Assembly (NCBI GenBank): GCA_051294375.1
Contig: JBJCIZ010001157.1
Location: 1 to 11,643, forward strand
Direction: 5' to 3'
Origin: Paraspadella gotoi
Lineage: Eukaryota; Animalia; Chaetognatha
DNA length: 11,643 nucleotides
Of this stretch, positions 9,860-11,643 are shown piece after piece. Position 1 is the stretch's first letter; each line of letters begins with the position of its first letter. The position numbers and the translations under genes are program-made. The notes beneath the pieces were generated by a model. That model worked only from the letters and a program-made list of their open reading frames with translations, was not told where the DNA came from and ran no database searches.

Positions 9860-10211
9860 AAAGGATGTTATAGTCCCGGCCGGAACGGACGTGAAGGAGC
9901 CCGTTTGAATACAAATCATGGGATTTTGACAATTTATGACCGCGGAATCGTAATTGAGGAGAGGAGGGGGAAAGGACAAGAAGAAAGAAAAAAAAAGTTA
10001 GAGAAAAAAAAGGGCGAGAAAGAAAAGAAAAAAAGGACTAAATACCAAGGAAATCGGCAAGGAAAGAGGGCAAGCCTGTGCCGTACAACATCGTGGGGCG
10101 GAGAACACGTGTCTCTCTCTCTCTCTCTGTCCTCGAGATCCCTTTTCCCCTGGGCCGTGAGGATGGGAGAGGGGAGATAACAAATCCGAAAATCGGGGGG
10201 GAAAAAAAGGA

Positions 10212-10333
10212 AGAGAGAGAGCAAGAGAGAGAGACCGAGAGTTGAGAGCAGAGAGGAGAAGAGATAGAGAAAGAGGAAGAGAGAAAAGAGAGAGAGAGAG
10301 AATCCCTGAGAGAGAGAGAGATACAGAGAGAGA
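10212..10333. repeat. Degenerate (GA)n microsatellite
   Basis: Read directly from the sequence. Confidence 0.95.
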
Positions 10334-10560
10334 GCGAATAAATAAAATCTTTTTCATCTCGTCGATCTTTAATCCAAAATCGTCCGTTCGAATCCAGACG
10401 ATTCGACATTTATGATTTAAATCTTTACGAGGATGATCACTCGCGTAAAAGTCGCGAGGGTAATCACGGGCGAAGCATTCGCGCAGCGACGGCATCGCGG
10501 ATGGAACCTCTTGAATCGCAAACCTTTATTTTTTCGTTCCCCAATTTTTTTCCCAATCTC

Positions 10561-10614
10561 CCTCATTTCTGCACTGCAACATCTATCACATCTACTCCTC
10601 TTTAACAGGTAAGT
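10561..10614 (+). other. Candidate splice signal: 3' acceptor directly fused to a consensus 5' donor (YYY..TTTAACAG|GTAAGT), possible recursive splice site
   Basis: AG at 10607-10608, GTAAGT at 10609-10614, a pyrimidine-rich run upstream, and no AG dinucleotide in 10487-10606. Confidence 0.55.
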
Positions 10615-11341
10615 CCCCACTTTATTACTTCCGCAGTTTTCTTTGCAACTTTGGTTTTTTTTTTCGATCAATTTCCGCTTTCCTACAGAGAAATTTCCGG
10701 TTCTCATACGCAACTCCCAAACTAATGAATCTTGGAATTGGTTTCTGTATAACTGTTCGAGGTGGCCAAAACGTAGCGGATTCTTGGCTACCGCATCAGA
10801 CCGACCCGTCAGATCCACGACCCCACTCATTGCTTTGCTCCATCAGGTCGCGACCCCATCCAGTGCCCTTCCCCCAGCAGCCCCCTCCCATTCAGGCTTC
10901 CTCTGGTCCACGGGGCGATAATAAGACATAAAAATAAAACTCATCACGTGTCTGTTGTTTACCGCGGATAAATAACAGAGTGAATAAAGACGAAAACATA
11001 TTTCATCTATTGTGAATGTATTAAATATTTTTATTAACCCAATCGTTCTTTTTTAAGAAAAAGATTAAATATTTAAGGAATTTTTTATTTCGAAGTTTGA
11101 CAGAAGAACATATCCGAATCTTTTTTATCTTTTCTTTCATCAAACACACGTTTCTTTTGTACCCGACCTTCAGATTTTTGAGTTCTCTTTGTAACTGCCT
11201 ATTTAATAAAATATAAGTATGCGTAATTAAATATCACTTAAACGATATGCAATCTTTATTCTTAAATTATAAATTTAAAAAAAAAAATTTTGAAAATATT
11301 TTAAAAAAAATAAATATTATAATATCAAAAATAAAACCTTT

Positions 11342-11630
11342 TCGCAACCGTTACTCGGTCCTCTATCTCGCTTCGCCATTCGTCAGCAAACGCACGACGG
11401 AGCCGTTGAGCGAAGCCTTGAACAGCCGCTTCTCGTGCCACGAGCCGCGTCATTTTTTTATAAGTCGCCCGGAGATGCGCCGACGCACTTCCGGTCTTAA
11501 GGACGATATCTCAAAACCATTTTCTAGCGCGCATACATATAAGTCGACGCTGGCCGGTCTCAGCGCCGTTAACGGTTCATGTTCCCTTTCTGAACTCTAC
11601 GCACCGACCCAACCGGCGCCAATCTACGTT
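11342..11630. promoter_or_regulatory. CpG-rich putative cis-regulatory island (enhancer/promoter-like)
   Basis: Abrupt switch from very AT-rich to CpG-rich sequence. Contains AACCGTTA x2 (inverted), the dyad CTCGTG-C-CACGAG, ETS-like CACTTCCGG and TATAAGTCG x2. Confidence 0.4.
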
Positions 11631-11643
11631 GATCTCTCTCTTT

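Noticed and set aside
1-11643. tRNA, rRNA, snRNA or conserved miRNA genes
   Set aside because: I recognised no cloverleaf, Pol III box pair or familiar mature miRNA by eye; Infernal/Rfam and miRBase searches would be needed to exclude them formally.

Overview
This window looks like eukaryotic non-coding DNA, not a prokaryotic locus. I see no credible protein-coding gene, tRNA, rRNA or CRISPR array, and the supplied ORFs mostly translate simple repeats (RERE, LSLS, poly-F/K). The sequence alternates among AT-rich spacers, many (GA)n/(CT)n microsatellites, three minisatellites (about 127 bp x4, 76 bp x5.5 G-rich, 58 bp x8 purine-rich) and short CpG-rich unique islands that resemble cis-regulatory elements. 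By inference this suggests a long intron or intergenic regulatory region of an arthropod, probably an insect. The most notable signal is at 10487-10614 (+): 120 nt with no AG and a pyrimidine tract, ending in TTTAACAG|GTAAGT. This is an acceptor fused to a consensus donor, the architecture of a recursive splice site (ratchet point). Motif-level calls are hypotheses; no database search was possible.
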